64,000 nucleotides of DNA, from positions 864,001 to 928,000 of the forward strand of contig CAVXKA010000003.1 of NCBI GenBank assembly GCA_963762255.1, written 5' to 3'. Below, piece after piece: positions 41,197 to 51,500 of the stretch. Positions within the stretch are counted from its first letter, which is position 1. Every line of letters starts with the position of its first letter. The notes under the pieces were generated by a model that was not told the origin of the DNA, searched no databases, and was given only the letters and a program-made list of their open reading frames with translations. Source of the DNA: Candidatus Eiseniibacteriota bacterium (lineage in GTDB: Bacteria > Eisenbacteria > RBG-16-71-46 > JABDJR01). Both the position numbers and the translations under genes were made by a program.

Positions 41197-42660
41197 CTAG
41201 ACGTCCGCTGCTTCGTACTTCTTCGCCCAGCGCGAGTAGAAGAAGATGCCGACGGCCGAGACCAGACCCAGAGCGGCGAACGGATACCAGAGCTGGTAGG
41301 GATGGTAGGCATCCCATAGGACGCGGGTCGCCTGCGCCGCGTCGACGTTGAGCACCTCCTGCAGCTTCACCATGGCGTCCCCCCGGGCGACCCCGTCGTT
41401 GATGCCGTGATGTTCCGAGAGGTAGCGCAGGGCCAGGGTCGCCTTCTCCCCCATCCGCTCGTAGGTCTTTCCCCCCAAGAGCGACCCGATCGTCCACCCG
41501 ATCGCGATGGGCATGTTGGCGTAGCCCATGTAGAGGGCTTTCTGTCCCTCGGGGGCGATCACGCCGAGGTAATCGTTCATCTTCGGCGAGGCGAGCATCT
41601 CTCCGACCGAGAAGCAGAGGATGCCGAGGATGCAGAACCAGCCCGACATGGTGAACCCGGCGGCCACGAGCCCGAACGAGGCCACCAGGATGCCGATGAA
41701 GATCGAGGTCACGCGGCGCATGCGCGACACCATCCACGACACCCACATCACGCAGAGCACGATGAGCCCGGAGTTGGCGTTGATGAGCCACTCCTGGGCG
41801 ATCATGGTTCCCCGCGCGGTCTCGGTGGTGAACATCCCGGGCAGGTGAAACGTGCGCACGATCGCGGACGAGTCCACCCAGTCCACGATGAAGTTGGGCA
41901 GCATGTCGAAGAGCTGCATGAACATGAGCCAGAACCCGGCCATGATGAGGATGAATACGGCCAGGCGTGGCTTCACCAGATTGCGGAACGTGATCTTGGC
42001 CACCTTCCAGGGCCCGCCGGTCTGGTCGCCGCCGGCGGCGACCCCCGGATAGGTGAAGAGCATGAAGACATTGAGCGAGACAATGATCGCGCAGCCGAAG
42101 AACACCGTCGGCCAGGAGACGCCGTAGAGGAAGTGCGCCAGCGGCGGTCCCAGGAAGCCGCCGATGTTGACCAGCATGTAGAACGTGCCCCACCCGAGAG
42201 ACGAGTTCTTCTTCGTGAGCTGACGGACCAGGGTTCCCTGGATCCCCGGCTTGAAGATGGCGGTGCCCAGCGCCAGCACGAGGCATCCGAACGTGAACGG
42301 CCAAAACCCGCGTTGCGTGGCCATGAGCAGGTAGCCGACCACCTCGATGCCGATGGAAACGGCGATCGTGCGCTTGTAGCCGTAGCGATCGGCGAAGCCC
42401 CCGGAGAACACCGGGACTCCGGTCTGCACGAGCGCCCAGAGCATGAAGATGAGGCCCTTCTGGCCCTGGGTGAAGTGGAGCCCCCCCGGTTCGTCGGCTT
42501 GGGCGATGTAGATGGGGATGACGACGCGCACGCCGTAGTAGGCGAGCCGTTCCAGCATCTCCATCAGGTTGACCATCCAGAAGGCCCTGGGGAGATGCGA
42601 GAGCTGCTTGACGATGCCCTCGCGGGCACCGGCAAGAACCTCGGCGCTGCTGTGTGACAT
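41197..42660 (-). CDS. MFS transporter (POT/peptide-transporter-like)
   Basis: EMLERLAYYG, ADRYGYKR, FYMLVNIGGFLGP, GEMLASP. Confidence 0.88.
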   Translation of the reverse strand: MSHSSAEVLAGAREGIVKQLSHLPRAFWMVNLMEMLERLAYYGVRVVIPIYIAQADEPGGLHFTQGQKGLIFMLWALVQTGVPVFSGGFADRYGYKRTIAVSIGIEVVGYLLMATQRGFWPFTFGCLVLALGTAIFKPGIQGTLVRQLTKKNSSLGWGTFYMLVNIGGFLGPPLAHFLYGVSWPTVFFGCAIIVSLNVFMLFTYPGVAAGGDQTGGPWKVAKITFRNLVKPRLAVFILIMAGFWLMFMQLFDMLPNFIVDWVDSSAIVRTFHLPGMFTTETARGTMIAQEWLINANSGLIVLCVMWVSWMVSRMRRVTSIFIGILVASFGLVAAGFTMSGWFCILGILCFSVGEMLASPKMNDYLGVIAPEGQKALYMGYANMPIAIGWTIGSLLGGKTYERMGEKATLALRYLSEHHGINDGVARGDAMVKLQEVLNVDAAQATRVLWDAYHPYQLWYPFAALGLVSAVGIFFYSRWAKKYEAADV

Positions 42661-42768
42661 GCGATCCCTCTGCGCGGTTCGAGTAACCGTCCGCTCGATG
42701 AAGACCAAGGGGGAGCGGCGGGAGAGTATACACGGACTGGGCGCATCGCTCTCGCCCGCCCGCGTCGG

Positions 42769-44319
42769 TTAGCGAATCCGGTAGACCGCGAACACGGTGT
42801 CGCGGTAGACCTCGGACCACTGGGGACACACCGGGTCCGGCGGGCGGGTGCGCGCCACCACATGCGTAATGCCGTATACAGTCGCTGCGCGTTCCACACG
42901 GGCACAGACGGAATCGGCAGGCGCGGCGTAGATCGCCCGGCCCGCCTGGATTCTCGTGTGCCATTCCAGAAATTCGTCGTCCATGCGAAGAGGGTGGGAC
43001 TTCCAGGTCACGAGGACGGGCGCTCCCGTCCAGAGTCGGAAATCCATGAACCGGGGATCCTCGGGGGGGACCAGGTATACATCGCCCGGGGACTGTATCC
43101 GGCGCACGAATTCCATCATGGGCGCCGCCGGTTGCGACCGCCTCCCGAGCGTCTCCCTGATCTGCAGCCGTACCCCGATCAAGACGGACGCGGCCAGAAG
43201 GACGGCGGCGAACCCCACCGCGAGCTTCGTGCCCCATGCTTTCTTGCGCGCGATTCCCTCCCAGAATGCGGTCACCAGCAAAGCGAGAAGGATTCCGCTG
43301 GAAATCGGGACCAGGAACGCCGAGACACGCCACGGGGCGAGCAGGGCAAGCGCATCGCTCTTGAGGAGCCACTGCGCGACGGTGAGCAGGGCACCGACCG
43401 TGAACGGAATGAGCAGCACCAGAAACAAGCGCGTCCGGCGAACCGCGACAATGGCTCCAAGCATCAGGGCGACCTGGAGCGCCGCACCGCGGTCGAGCCA
43501 ATCTCTGGGGGACGCGTGGTGCGGAATGCGCTCGCGGACCAGGATCTCCATCCCCGCGCTCCACAGCTCCGGGGAGGCGGGTCGCAGCACCGCGTAGTCA
43601 CGGAGCAGGACCGGCACGACCGGGAGAAGCATGAGGAGCGTCATCATGGCGACCGACCGAACCCCGCGGCCCTCGCGCCGCATGACGACGGCGTAGGCCA
43701 GCGTCAGGCACACCGCTCCAAAGACGTAGGCCGGATGCATGGCCGCCGCAGCCCCCAGCAGCAGCGCAGCGACTCGGTGCCGCCCGCGCAGGAAGAGCAG
43801 CACGGACAGTGGCAAGAGGACGCCGAAGACGCAAGGTTGCAGCACCCGGCCCAGGATGTACTGATCGGCCACGCCGTAGTGAAGGAGTCTCGGCGCGTTC
43901 CAACCGATGGCTTCCCTGGAGAGCCGGCCGAGGAACCGCGAGTGCAGGAACACGAGCAGGGCGAAGTATACGAAGAGCGCGGCGCGGGATCGCCCGATCC
44001 CGGAGCACGCGGCTCCGATCCCGACCAGGGCAAACGCGTACACACCGATGAGGACGACGGAATAGACGTAGAACGCTTCCGGCGGGAACGCGGCGGCCGT
44101 CCACCGGACCAGCGCGGTGAAGAGGGGGAACGGGTCGGTGGTGTTGGCCAGCCAGTCGCGGCTTAAGGATCCGTAGCCGGCGCGGGCGAGCCCGATGAGG
44201 AACTTGCTGTTCTGGTTTCCGGTGAAGAGCGGCGCCTGTGTGTAGGCCAAGGCGAAGGCGAGGCCGGCCAGAGCCCAGCCCGCCGGGCCGAGGAGTCTAG
44301 GCCGGGGCTCGCCCTTCAC
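42769..44319 (-). CDS. Polytopic membrane protein, probable GT-C-fold glycosyltransferase (DUF6798-like)
   Basis: DWLANTTDPFPLF, many TM segments, RIPHH, FRLWTGAP..VTWKSHP, EW; GTG start follows a GGGGGAG RBS. Confidence 0.7.
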   Translation of the reverse strand: MKGEPRPRLLGPAGWALAGLAFALAYTQAPLFTGNQNSKFLIGLARAGYGSLSRDWLANTTDPFPLFTALVRWTAAAFPPEAFYVYSVVLIGVYAFALVGIGAACSGIGRSRAALFVYFALLVFLHSRFLGRLSREAIGWNAPRLLHYGVADQYILGRVLQPCVFGVLLPLSVLLFLRGRHRVAALLLGAAAAMHPAYVFGAVCLTLAYAVVMRREGRGVRSVAMMTLLMLLPVVPVLLRDYAVLRPASPELWSAGMEILVRERIPHHASPRDWLDRGAALQVALMLGAIVAVRRTRLFLVLLIPFTVGALLTVAQWLLKSDALALLAPWRVSAFLVPISSGILLALLVTAFWEGIARKKAWGTKLAVGFAAVLLAASVLIGVRLQIRETLGRRSQPAAPMMEFVRRIQSPGDVYLVPPEDPRFMDFRLWTGAPVLVTWKSHPLRMDDEFLEWHTRIQAGRAIYAAPADSVCARVERAATVYGITHVVARTRPPDPVCPQWSEVYRDTVFAVYRIR

Positions 44320-44335
44320 GTATTCTCCCCCGCGC

Positions 44336-45838
44336 ATGGAGGCATCGCGTTCGATCCCACGCTTTCGCGTTCTCCCGACCGGCCGGGCGCTGGCGCTCGG
44401 CGGCATCCTCGTCCTGTCGCTCGGACTGAACCTCTGGAACAACGGTTTCCCGCTCGGCTATCACCGCGATGAACCCAAGAAGGTGCGGTTCATTCTGCAA
44501 GGAGAGCAGGACTTCCACCACCCCCTCCTGATGTTGCAGGAGGCGCGTGTGGCGAATCGGGTGCTGGGCCTTGAGGGCAAGCAAGCGGTCGTCGTCCTGG
44601 GTCGGAGCCTGAGCGCCCTGAACGCGACGCTGGCCGTGCTCGTTCTCTTCCTGCTCGCCCGCCGGCGATTGCGATCCCCCTATGCTCTCTGGACCGCCCT
44701 GGCCGCCGCGGTCTCGCCGATTCTCGTCGTGCACGCGCATTACCTCAAGGAGGACGTTCTCCTCACGCTCTTCTGCGTGCTGACCCTCTTCGCCCTGTTC
44801 CGGTATCTGGAGCGACCCGCGTGGCGAAGCGCCATGCTCCTGGGCCTCTGCGCGGGGCTCGGGGTGGCGTCGCATTTCAAGGCGAGCCTCCTCTTCCCGG
44901 TCATGGCCGCGGCCCCGCTCCTCGGCCGGTTTCCCGAACGGAGGCGAATCTACCTTGGGCTCCTCGCCGCGGGCGCAGTCTCGGCGGCGGTCTTTCTGCT
45001 CGTCAACTACCCCATCCTGCTCGACCTGCGGCGCTCGGGCATTCTGGCCGGCCTGACCCACGATCTGAACCTGCTCGGGGAAGGCAAGGACGTGCGAATC
45101 GATCCCATCCCGCAGTTCTTCGCGTTCCACCTTCGACAGAGTCTCGTGCCCGGCATGACGCTTGCCGCCGCCGCGATCGGCCTCGCCGGGGCCGCGGCCG
45201 CACTCGTTCGTTGGAGAACGATCGAGGCCCCGGAGCGGATCCTGCTGGTCTATCTCGCGGTCTTCTACGCCTCGATCGAGATCACGCCGTTCAAGCCGTA
45301 CCCCGACTTCATGCGCTACGTCATGCCCCTGGTGCCCGTCCTCGCCTATTTCGGAGTACGCCTCATCGAGAGTCTTCGCCGAGCTGCGCCTACCTCGGCG
45401 GGCCGCTTGGCTTCGGCCGTCCTGATGGCGCTCCTCATCGTGCCGCCTCTGCAAGCCGCGCTGCGTCTCGACTACCACCTCGTTCGGGACACGCGCGCCG
45501 AGGCACAGCGGCGCGCTCCCGCGCTGGGAGGCACGGTTCTCTTCGGGAACTACGCGTCGATCGACGGCCGGCGGAAGCTTGCCGAGGACTCCCTGGATTC
45601 TCTGCGCGCGCAGGGGGTCACGCATCTCGCGGTGTCGAGCTTCGACTACGACCGCTATCTCTTCGCAGCGAAGCTGGCGAATCAGGGTGCGTCCACCTAC
45701 CGACGCGCCGGCGCCTACGAGGCGATGTTCCGCCTTCCTACCATCGAGATCCGGCCCGCCTACCGAAGCTTCGGCTTCAGCAATCCCGTGATTCGCATCG
45801 TGGACATCCGCCGCGAACCCGCGGGCAAGAGCGGGTGA
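44336..45838 (+). CDS. ArnT/PMT-like (GT39/GT83) membrane glycosyltransferase
   Basis: YHRDEP, FHHPLL, AHYLKED, RYVMPLVP; polytopic. Confidence 0.85.
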   Translation: MEASRSIPRFRVLPTGRALALGGILVLSLGLNLWNNGFPLGYHRDEPKKVRFILQGEQDFHHPLLMLQEARVANRVLGLEGKQAVVVLGRSLSALNATLAVLVLFLLARRRLRSPYALWTALAAAVSPILVVHAHYLKEDVLLTLFCVLTLFALFRYLERPAWRSAMLLGLCAGLGVASHFKASLLFPVMAAAPLLGRFPERRRIYLGLLAAGAVSAAVFLLVNYPILLDLRRSGILAGLTHDLNLLGEGKDVRIDPIPQFFAFHLRQSLVPGMTLAAAAIGLAGAAAALVRWRTIEAPERILLVYLAVFYASIEITPFKPYPDFMRYVMPLVPVLAYFGVRLIESLRRAAPTSAGRLASAVLMALLIVPPLQAALRLDYHLVRDTRAEAQRRAPALGGTVLFGNYASIDGRRKLAEDSLDSLRAQGVTHLAVSSFDYDRYLFAAKLANQGASTYRRAGAYEAMFRLPTIEIRPAYRSFGFSNPVIRIVDIRREPAGKSG

Positions 45839-46773
45839 TCGTGCGTCCGAGCCGCACGACGCTCGCCCTCTCCACGCTGGGGTTGTTCCTCGTCTGGAGC
45901 AACAGCTTCATCGCGATCAGCTTCCTTCTCGGCGGGGACCGTTCCCCCGCACGGCTCGACTGGGTGAGCCTCACGGTGGCGCGCTTCCTTCCCGCCGCCG
46001 CGGTGTGCGGCGTCTACTGCCTGGGATTCCATCGTCGCGAATCGATCGATGTTCTGCGCCACTATTGGCGGCGGCTTCTGGCCTGCGCGGTCATGGCCGT
46101 GCCGGCCTACAATCTGGCCCTCTACTACGGGCAGCAACACGGCGTGCCCGCGCCGATCGCTTCGCTCACCACCACGCTTCTGCCCCTCATGGTGATGACG
46201 CTGGCCGCGATCGTCCTGCACGAGCCCCTGACGCGGAATCGCGTCCTGGGATTCATCGTTTCCGGGACGGGGATGGGCCTCGTGGCGTTCGCTCGACGAA
46301 GCGAAATGGGCGAAACCTACCCGCTGACGGTGGCCATCACCGCGCTCGCCCCCCTGAGCTGGTCGATGTACACCGTGCTCAGCAAGCCGCTCGCTCACCG
46401 CGTGCCCCCGCTCCTCTGGACGTACCTCTCGGTGGCTCTGGGCGGGCTTCTCGTGCTGCCGCTCCTGCCGGGGCAGGTGTGGGTGCAGTGCCGTAATCTG
46501 GACGGCGCTGGATGGGCGGCGGTCCTCTATCTGACCTTTCCGTGCACCGTGCTCGGTTTCGCGGTGTGGACTTGGTTGCTCAAGCACGTCCCCGCGTCGT
46601 CGGTGGGGTTCACCGTCTTCCTCAACCCTCCCCTCACCACGATCTCCAAGCTCGCGCTGGCCGCCGCGGTCCCCACGGTGTTCCTCTTCCACGTCGCGGC
46701 ACAGGAACTCGTCGGCGGCGCCGTTGCGCTGGCCGGCCTCCTCATTGCGGTAGCGCCTCGGCGCCGACCGTGA
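45835..46773 (+). CDS. DMT/EamA family transporter
   Basis: VWSNSFIAI, TVARF, WSMYTVLSK, TVLGFAVW, FLNP; about 10 TM. Confidence 0.88.
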   Translation: MIVRPSRTTLALSTLGLFLVWSNSFIAISFLLGGDRSPARLDWVSLTVARFLPAAAVCGVYCLGFHRRESIDVLRHYWRRLLACAVMAVPAYNLALYYGQQHGVPAPIASLTTTLLPLMVMTLAAIVLHEPLTRNRVLGFIVSGTGMGLVAFARRSEMGETYPLTVAITALAPLSWSMYTVLSKPLAHRVPPLLWTYLSVALGGLLVLPLLPGQVWVQCRNLDGAGWAAVLYLTFPCTVLGFAVWTWLLKHVPASSVGFTVFLNPPLTTISKLALAAAVPTVFLFHVAAQELVGGAVALAGLLIAVAPRRRP

Positions 46774-46803
46774 ACACTCAAGGGATTTTCGGCTCCAGCC
46801 TGC

Positions 46804-46870
46804 GCAGAACCACCCACAAAAGAGACGACCCGCCCCCCCGAGCCCCTGAGGGCCCGAGTGGGCGGGTCTG
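46804..46870 (-). terminator. Probable intrinsic terminator for the 48327-46893 gene pair
   Basis: Minus strand GACCCGCCC...GGGCGGGTC long hairpin followed by GTCTCTTTTG. Confidence 0.6.
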
Positions 46871-46892
46871 ACCCGCGTGCGAGTCTCTCTCT

Positions 46893-47594
46893 CTAGTTGC
46901 CGTACATCGATTTGATCTGGCCCCACGTGCCGCGCTCGGTTCCCACCGGGCAGTTCAGATCGATCTTGCCATCGTGCCGAAAGATGTACCCGGGGATCAG
47001 CACGCTTGGGTTCCAGGTGATCCCGCCGGTGAAGAGACCGGGACAGGGCTCTCCGTTCCCGCTGTTGACCCGGCTGAGCAGCGTTCCTCCCGTCCAGAGA
47101 ATCGTCCCTTCCATGTTCCCAACCCCGAACACGGTGAAGTTGTTGGTCTGGGTATAGAACGACGTGAAAGACCCGGAGAGGATCAGCGTGCCGTCGACGA
47201 AGTTCGCCGGCACGGTCGCGTTCGGCGGGAAGGGATCGTACGAGGAGTTCCGCGGGGTTCCCTCGTAGATTTCGATGAACCCGCCGGTGTAGTTGGTGAT
47301 GTAGAAGGTCGTCGCCGGCGGACCCTGGGCTACGGTGCCCTGGGAGAGCAGCGAGTGGATGTAGATCGTGTATTCCTTGCCGGGATCGTTCGCGTCGAGA
47401 TCGGCGAAGGGGGCGTCGAAGCTGCTCACGAGCCCTACGGCATACAGGATCCCTCCCGGGAGCGAGTTGGTCGGGGTCGCCCCCGCCTCCCAGGTGAAGA
47501 CCGGATCCCAATCGATGGAAGCGCCGGCAAAGGCCGACCCGGAGAGCGCGCCGACGAGCAGAACGGCGCTGAGCGTCGTAGTCAGGAGTTTCAT
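46893..47594 (-). CDS. Secreted beta-rich protein with C-terminal TWGQIKSMY tail
   Basis: Signal peptide (AFA); Thr/Gly/Pro-rich body; paralog of the upstream gene. Confidence 0.85.
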   Translation of the reverse strand: MKLLTTTLSAVLLVGALSGSAFAGASIDWDPVFTWEAGATPTNSLPGGILYAVGLVSSFDAPFADLDANDPGKEYTIYIHSLLSQGTVAQGPPATTFYITNYTGGFIEIYEGTPRNSSYDPFPPNATVPANFVDGTLILSGSFTSFYTQTNNFTVFGVGNMEGTILWTGGTLLSRVNSGNGEPCPGLFTGGITWNPSVLIPGYIFRHDGKIDLNCPVGTERGTWGQIKSMYGN

Positions 47595-47637
47595 GCGTCA
47601 CCTCTATGTGTGCAGGTCATAGTGTCGGCCGCCGTCA

Positions 47638-48327
47638 TCAGCGATAGGTGGTCTTGAGCCGGCCCCAGGTGGTCTGTCGGGTCGGCACCGCCGGGTTGAG
47701 GAAGATCTGCCCGTCAATCTGATGAGCGTACCCGGAGGGACGGTTCAACTCGTTCCCTGTGGCGCCGGCGAAAGTCCACCCGCTGCGCTGGTTCGCCGGG
47801 ATGTTTCCGTACTGCGAACCCCCGGTCACGTCGAACTGGGCTTCGTAGCTCCCCGAGTTGTTCGCGGTGTTGAGGACCAACTGAAACCCGGTGAGCGATC
47901 CCTCCAGGAAGAGGCTTCCGTCGACGAAGCTCGCAGGAGCGCTCGCGTTCGGAGGGTACGTGCCATAGGTGGCGGCCGTGCCACCCAGCTTCGCATCCTC
48001 GTAAACGCGGATGAAGCCGGGGCCCGAGTAGTTGATGATGATGAAGCTTCCGACCGGGATCAGGCTCGACACGGTGAGCCCGTCGATGAAGTAGGTGTAC
48101 TGGTAGTTCGCCGTGTCGGGCAGGAGTGGCGCGAACAGGTTCGGCACGAATCCGATTCCGTGATAGCCGGAGCCGGCCTCCCCGAACTGGGAGGGGATCG
48201 GATCGGGCGACTCGTAGTCGTACCCCACGTAGTCTACGAGAAGCGTCTGCGCCTGGACGGTCCCGGGGTTGAGGAAGGGAGTCAGTAGGACGAGAAGCAG
48301 GAGCACGAAGGGTGCGGATTTCATCAT
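47638..48327 (-). CDS. Secreted beta-rich protein with C-terminal TWGRLKTTY tail
   Basis: Signal peptide (VQA); shares YTxxIxxL, INYxG.GFIxxYE, PPNAxxPAxFVDGxLxLxGSxTxF and DGxIxLN with 46893-47594. Confidence 0.85.
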   Translation of the reverse strand: MMKSAPFVLLLLVLLTPFLNPGTVQAQTLLVDYVGYDYESPDPIPSQFGEAGSGYHGIGFVPNLFAPLLPDTANYQYTYFIDGLTVSSLIPVGSFIIINYSGPGFIRVYEDAKLGGTAATYGTYPPNASAPASFVDGSLFLEGSLTGFQLVLNTANNSGSYEAQFDVTGGSQYGNIPANQRSGWTFAGATGNELNRPSGYAHQIDGQIFLNPAVPTRQTTWGRLKTTYR

Positions 48328-48555
48328 GGAGACCTCGCTGTGATCGATCCCTTGACGCGGATTCAAGCCCGCGTCCTTCCGGGACCGAAGGGAAGGAGGC
48401 ACGCGAATGAAGGGAACGCTATTCAGGGCGGGGGGGACCATCCCTGGCGATCGTTTATTCCGGGCTGGCCTGACAGGGACACCTAGAGCCCGGACTGATT
48501 GACGACAATTTAACTCATCTTTCAACCGTTGTGCAACGAATAATTCCAAGACAAT

Positions 48556-51500
48556 CTACTGAGGGTCTAATTCAGGAGACGGGTGTCCGATGGGCGAGCC
48601 CGCCGAGGACCGCTCCAGCCACGTGACCGCCTGGCCAACCGCCTCCTCGAAACTCAGGGTTAGAGCCCGGTTAAGTTCTTGCTGGAACGCGATTTCACCG
48701 ACATTTGTCCTCACCCTGTCCAGGAAGGAAGCCCGCTCCTGCTGCTCGGCGGGCGAGAGCGGAGAGCCGATCTCTTCCCGGAGGGCGCGAGCCGCGCCAA
48801 GGAAGCGAATAGCCTGACCTGGATCATCAAGACGGAACGCTAACTCGGCCACGCCTTCCAGCGCATAGGCTCCCTCACGCTTCGCCGCGATCTCCCGCAC
48901 GATGCTCAGGCTTCCAGCCAATCCGCCTGCCGCGGCCGCGAGATCCCCCAGGCGCGCCGAGGCCACCGCGAGATCGGCCAGCGTCAGCGCGGTGTGCTTC
49001 AAGTCCCCCACGTCTTTCAGGAGCCCGAGCGATCTGCGGTAGAACTCCGCGGCGGACGCGGCGTCTCCCTCGCACAGCGAGAGAAACCCCAGGTTGTGCA
49101 GGGTGACCGCGGCGCCGCGCTTGTCGCCCGCCGCCTCGTAGCCGGCAAGCACTTCCTCGCCGTACCCCCGCGCCGCAGCGTAGTCGCACTGGTAGGTCGC
49201 GACCGTCGCGAGCCCGCTCAACGAACGTGCTATCCCCTTCTTGTCGCCGAGCGTTCTGTAGATGGCGAGGCTCTCCTCGATGGGCGACCGCGCCGCCGCA
49301 TAGTCGCCCTGATAGAGCGCCATCCCTCCCAGACGCACCAGCGCACCGGCGCGCGCCGCGGTGGGAGCGGCCGCGGAGTCGAGGCGCAGCGACTGGCCCA
49401 GTGTCGCGCGCCCGAGTTCGTAGATCCCTCGTCCCGACCAGAACCGGGCAAGAGCGCAAGCGAGCCGAAGCCCTTTCTCGGAGCCGGACGACGTGCTCGG
49501 GCACCACGCCATGGCCCCGAGGAGATTGGGGTGCTCCACGTCAAGCCGCGCGAACCACTCCTTCTGGTTCGGCCCCACCAACTCTTTCTCCGCGGCCTCG
49601 CCCAGGGCCAGGAAGAAGTCGAGGTGGCGATCCGAAACCGCGGCGGTCTCGCCGGCCTCGTCGAGCCGCTCGACGGCGTACTGACGAACCGTCTCCAGGT
49701 AGTGGTAGCGCGCGGTTTCCCCCAGCGACTCCACCACGATCAGCGACTTGTCCACCAGCCGCGTGATCAAGTCGAGCACTTCAAACTCGTCGGCGTCCTT
49801 GCCCCACACCGCGGTCGCCGCTTCCAGGGTCCAGCCCCCCGCGAAAACGGCGAGGCACCGTGATAGCTGCCGTTCCAACTCCGCGAGATGGTCGTAGCTC
49901 CACTGAATCGTGGCCCGCAGCGTCTGCTGCCGGGGCAGGGCCGCGCGGCTCCCTCCGGTGAGAAGCCGGAACCGATCGTCCAGCTTGGCGCGGATCTGCT
50001 CCACGGAAAGCACTTTGACTCGCGCCGCCGCGAGTTCGATGGCGAGAGGGATGCCGTCGAGGCGCCGGCAGATCTCCCCCACCGCCGGCCCGTTCTCGGC
50101 GGTGAGATCGAATCCAGTCTGCGCCTGGGACGCGCGGTCCAGGAAGAGCCGCACGGACTCGTACCCTCGCATCGCGACCGGGTCGGTCGCGATCGCCTCG
50201 GACGGGAGTCGCAGAGTGGGGACGGCGAAAGCGACCTCGCCCGCGACCCCCAACGCCTCGCGGCTCGTGGCGAGAAGACGCACGTCCGCGCACGACTTGA
50301 GGAGGAGCGCGGCGAGATCGCCGCTCGCGGCGACGAGATGCTCGCAGTTGTCGAGCAGGATGAGTGCGCGGCGCGCGCCCAGGTGCTCGACCAGGGCCTG
50401 TGCGGTCGTCTTCCCCGGCTCGTCGCGCAGGCCGAGTGAGAGCGCCAGCGCGACGACCACTCGATCCGGTTCGGTGACGGAGGCGAGATCGACGAACCAG
50501 ATGCCGTCGGGGTACTCGGGCAGAAGCCGCGCCGCGACTTGCAGGGCGAGTCGGGTCTTTCCGCTTCCGCCGACTCCCGTCAGCGTGAGGATCCGCGCAT
50601 CGCCGAGGAGCCGCAGGCACTCCTCCGTCTCTCGCTCGCGTCCCACGAAGCTGGTCGCACTGCCTGGCAAGTTGTTGGCGGTGGCCGCCACCCCTTCGCC
50701 GGTGCGCAGCGCCGACGCACGCCGGATGCCCAGAGCCTCTTCGATCTCGGTGCGAGCGAGACGGATTTCGGGGAGACGCCCGCCGACATCCTTGATCAGA
50801 CAACGGCCGAGCAGCTCGCGAACGCGGGACGGTGTCAGGGCGGGAAGCGCCGAGCCATCGATCTCCCGCTCCAACGTCGCGGCGAACACTTCGGCCAGCG
50901 TCCGTCCGGAAAACGCGCGTCGTCCGGAAAGGCACTCATAGAGGAGGCACCCGAACGCGAAGACGTCGGTGCGCGCGTCCTGCGGCTCCGCGCGAATCTG
51001 TTCCGGACTCATGTAGCCCGGCGTGCCCACCACTTCGTCATCGGCCGCTTCATCGACCGATGCGCCGACGAGCGTGGCCTCGCCGTCCCAGGTGTCGGGG
51101 GGCGGTGCGGGGGACGAGCGCCCCGACGCGCTCGACTCCGCGGTCCGAGCCAATCCGAAGTCCAGTACCTTCACCACGCCGCGAGGACCCAGCATCACGT
51201 TTCCGGGCTTGAGATCGCGGTGGATCACGCCCCGTTCATGGGCGACCTCGAGGGCCTCGGCGACCTTCGCGCAGACCTGCAGCGCCTCTTCCACGGCCAG
51301 CGGCCCGCGCGCGAGGCGCTCGGCGAGCGACTCCCCTTCCACGCGCTCCAGGACGAGGAAGAGCGTGCCCGGAGCCGGTTCTTCAAAACCGTGGATGATC
51401 GCGATGTGGGGGTGATTGAGCGCGGCCAGGGTGAGCGCTTCGCGGCGAAACAGAGCGAGCCGCTGCGGATCGCGCGCGAAGGGGCCCGGCAGCATCTTGA

